Assembly (NCBI GenBank): GCA_002269645.1
Contig: NIVC01002165.1
Span: 124,001-188,000, forward strand
Reading direction: 5' to 3'
Source of the DNA: Macrostomum lignano
Taxonomy: Eukaryota
Length of the DNA stretch: 64,000 nt
The notes under the pieces are model-generated. The model saw only the letters and a program-made list of their open reading frames with translations. It was not told the DNA's origin and searched no databases. Shown here in pieces: positions 61,361 to 64,000 of the stretch; within the stretch, counting starts at the first letter, position 1; each line of letters begins with the position of its first letter. A program made the position numbers and the translations under genes.

Positions 61361-62243
61361 ACCCTCTCTCTACCTTCTCTCGCCTTTCTTACCTTGTGTC
61401 TTTCATTTTAATTTGCTTATCAAGCTCTTGTCTTCCTTTTTTACTAATTTTACTTAACTAATTTGCCATATCTGTGGCTAATATTTGATTACACTTGACT
61501 GCATAAGCGTGTCTAAAGTCTGGGGAGGCAGTTTATTTCGTTAAATAATATGCGAAATGCTTGGTAGCATGGTATATGATTTTAACTATATAACCTATCT
61601 ATATTATGTAACTGTATTCGATCTATAGCCGAATGCAGAACGTGTTTCTAAAACAAGTTTATTATCATATCAAATTTTGCCAAACTTCTAAACTTCTTAG
61701 TTTATTTTTTCGTCCTGAGAAAGTGCATACGGAATGCATGTGCAGCTTTACAGTATTGAAAAATCTATTGAGATGCATTAAGCGGTAGTATTGCACTCGT
61801 AGTATTGAATTTACATTCAGCAAAATCCGCTCTGGGATTCACGTACATGACATGTGACGTCATTCGTGATCTACATGTACAAATCGAACACAGTGAATCA
61901 AACGATGGAGTACATTTACTCATCTGCCTAGCATAGTGCCGGCTAGGTAAATTAACCTTTAGGAGTAAATTTGCTCCCTGGAGGATTTCGCGGGAGGTTA
62001 ATTTGCAGAAATTTACTTCACCAGCTAATTTACGTTAATAAACGTCAATAGCGTGACGAAATTTACTGTTGCTTGAAAGTTTATTAACCTTTATGCTATT
62101 AGTTAATTAACCCCCAATATTAACCCTCGGTTGCAACGGGATATTGTTCTTCAACTAGAGGCAACGGAGTAAAAACGGGCTAATGAATAAAGGTCTTTTT
62201 GCTTCAGCTGTTTTATGTTTCGTTTTCCTTGCCTTTCCACCGG

Positions 62244-62244
<1 letters not shown>

Positions 62245-62322
<78 letters not shown>
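62245..62322. repeat. (CT)n microsatellite
   Basis: Pure run. Confidence 0.97.
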
Positions 62323-62326
<4 letters not shown>

Positions 62327-62611
62327 TTGTTTACCTCTGTTTTGAAACTTTCTATTTTCTCCCGCAATATGTTCCGAATGAGCCTCTTGGCCGCGGCCCA
62401 AGCTCGGGGTCGAGATACTGCTCTGTTGCTGACAGGCGGTTTTTAACCCCCTTCAGCCCCCCCCCCAATTAGCTCGTGCTGAGCTTGTCGCTTCTGTTGA
62501 CAGTCAGGCCAGACACAGGACAGCGCTAGACCTTGCCGGAACCTCTGCGAGTCCTCTGTGCCGCTTCTGCCTGCCTCACTGGGTTGTCCGTAATACTAGC
62601 GCGTGGTAAGG

Positions 62612-63722
62612 GAGACTGGATAGGTGTGGGAGATGTTGGTTGAGATGGAGAGAAAGAGACTGAAAAGGTGTGGGAGATGCAGGTTGAGATGGAGATAAAG
62701 AGACTGGATGGGTGAGGGAGATGCAGGTTGAGATGGAGATAAAGAGACTGGATAGGTGAGGGAGATGTTGGTTGAGATGGAGATAAAGAGACTGGATAGG
62801 TGAGGGAGATGCAGGTTGAGATGGAGAGAAAGCGACTGGATAGGTGTGGGAGATGTTGGTTGAGATGGAGAGAAAGAGACTGGATAGGTGTGGGAGATGC
62901 AGGTTGAGATGGAGATAAAGAGACTGGATAGGTGTGGGAGATGCAGGTTGAGATGGAGAGAAAGCGACTGGATAGGTGTGGGAGATGTTGGTTGAGATGG
63001 AGAGAAAGAGACTGGATAGGTGTGGGAGATGTTGGTTGATATGGAGAGAAAGAGACTGGATAGGTGTGGGAGATGTTGGTTGATATGGAGAGAAAGAGAC
63101 TGGATAGGTGTGGGAGATGCAGGTTGATATGGAGAGAAAGAGACTGGATAAGGTGTGGGAGATGTTGGTTGATATGGAGAGAAAGAGACTGGATAGGTGT
63201 GGGAGATGCAGGTTGAGATGGAGATAAAGAGACTGGATAGGTGAGGGAGATGTTGGTTGAGATGGAGATAAAGAGACTGGATAGGTGAGGGAGATGTTGG
63301 TTGAGATGGAGATAAAGAGACTGGATAGGTGAGGGAGATGTTGGTTGAGATGGAGATAAAGAGACTGGATAGGTGAGGGAGATGTTGGTTGAGATGGAGA
63401 TAAAGAGGCTGGATAGGTGTAGGAGATGCAGGTTGAGATGGAGATAAAGAGACTGGATGGGTGAGGGAGATGTTGGTTGGGATGGAGAGAAAGAGACTGG
63501 ATGGGTGAGGGAGATGTTGGTTGGGATGGAGAGAAAGAGACTGGATGGGTGAGGGAGATGCAGGTTGAGATGGAGATAAGAGACTGGATGGGTGTGGGAG
63601 ATGCAGGTTGAGATGGAGATGAAGAGACTGGATAGGTGAGGGAGATGCAGGTTGAGATGGAGATAAAGAGAGACTGGATGGGTGAGGGAGATTCAGGTTG
63701 AGATGGAGATAAAGAGACTGAA
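62612..63722. repeat. 44-bp purine-rich minisatellite (GAGATGGAGATAAAGAGACTGGATAGGTGAGGGAGATGTTGGTT), ~25 copies
   Basis: Direct tandem periodicity. Confidence 0.95.
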
Positions 63723-64000
63723 AAGTGCTCGAGCACCTGAGTATGGCAACTGAACTCCATCTGCCTAGCGCAGCAAACCTGGCTGCAATGCTAGCACTCG
63801 TAGGGCATTGTGAGATTGTGACAGCTTCGCCCAGGAAGAGAGACGACATCATATACAGCAGCACTTCCCTTTGTTGCCAACCTTTTTTGAATAGTATTGG
63901 CAGTGCTTGAGAGCAGCATGCTGCATGATTCTCTTGTCAGGAGATATTTCCTTTCGTGACCTGTCAGGTTATGAACTCTTTTTTAATCTTTGCTGGTTGT

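Overview
Eukaryotic genomic DNA, very rich in mini- and microsatellites. The GC-rich, poly-Ala/poly-Gln exons and repeat-filled introns resemble the flatworm Macrostomum (inference, not verified). Main contents: (1) the 5' half of a LYST/CHS1 (beige) orthologue on the + strand, with 14 phase-consistent coding exons from 23482 to 56113 (~1674 codons, ending in the ConA-like domain; the gene must continue beyond the last exon found); (2) a His/Ala/Gln-rich first coding exon of a probable transcription factor on the - strand (3204-2761), head-to-head with LYST across ~20 kb with no recognisable gene; (3) a complete Chapaev-like DNA transposon (56915-60196) in LYST intron 14, with 241-bp TIRs, a 4-bp CATA TSD and an intact 701-aa transposase whose core resembles RAG1/Transib; (4) a near-identical 6.9-kb tandem duplication in intron 13; (5) a tRNA-derived SINE; (6) about 30 unrelated tandem arrays, one of which is a 19-fold amplification of the exon 13 splice donor itself. 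Most long ORFs in the supplied track are artefacts of translating tandem repeats. Protein motif comparisons are recalled from memory, not from database searches, and repeat boundaries are approximate.
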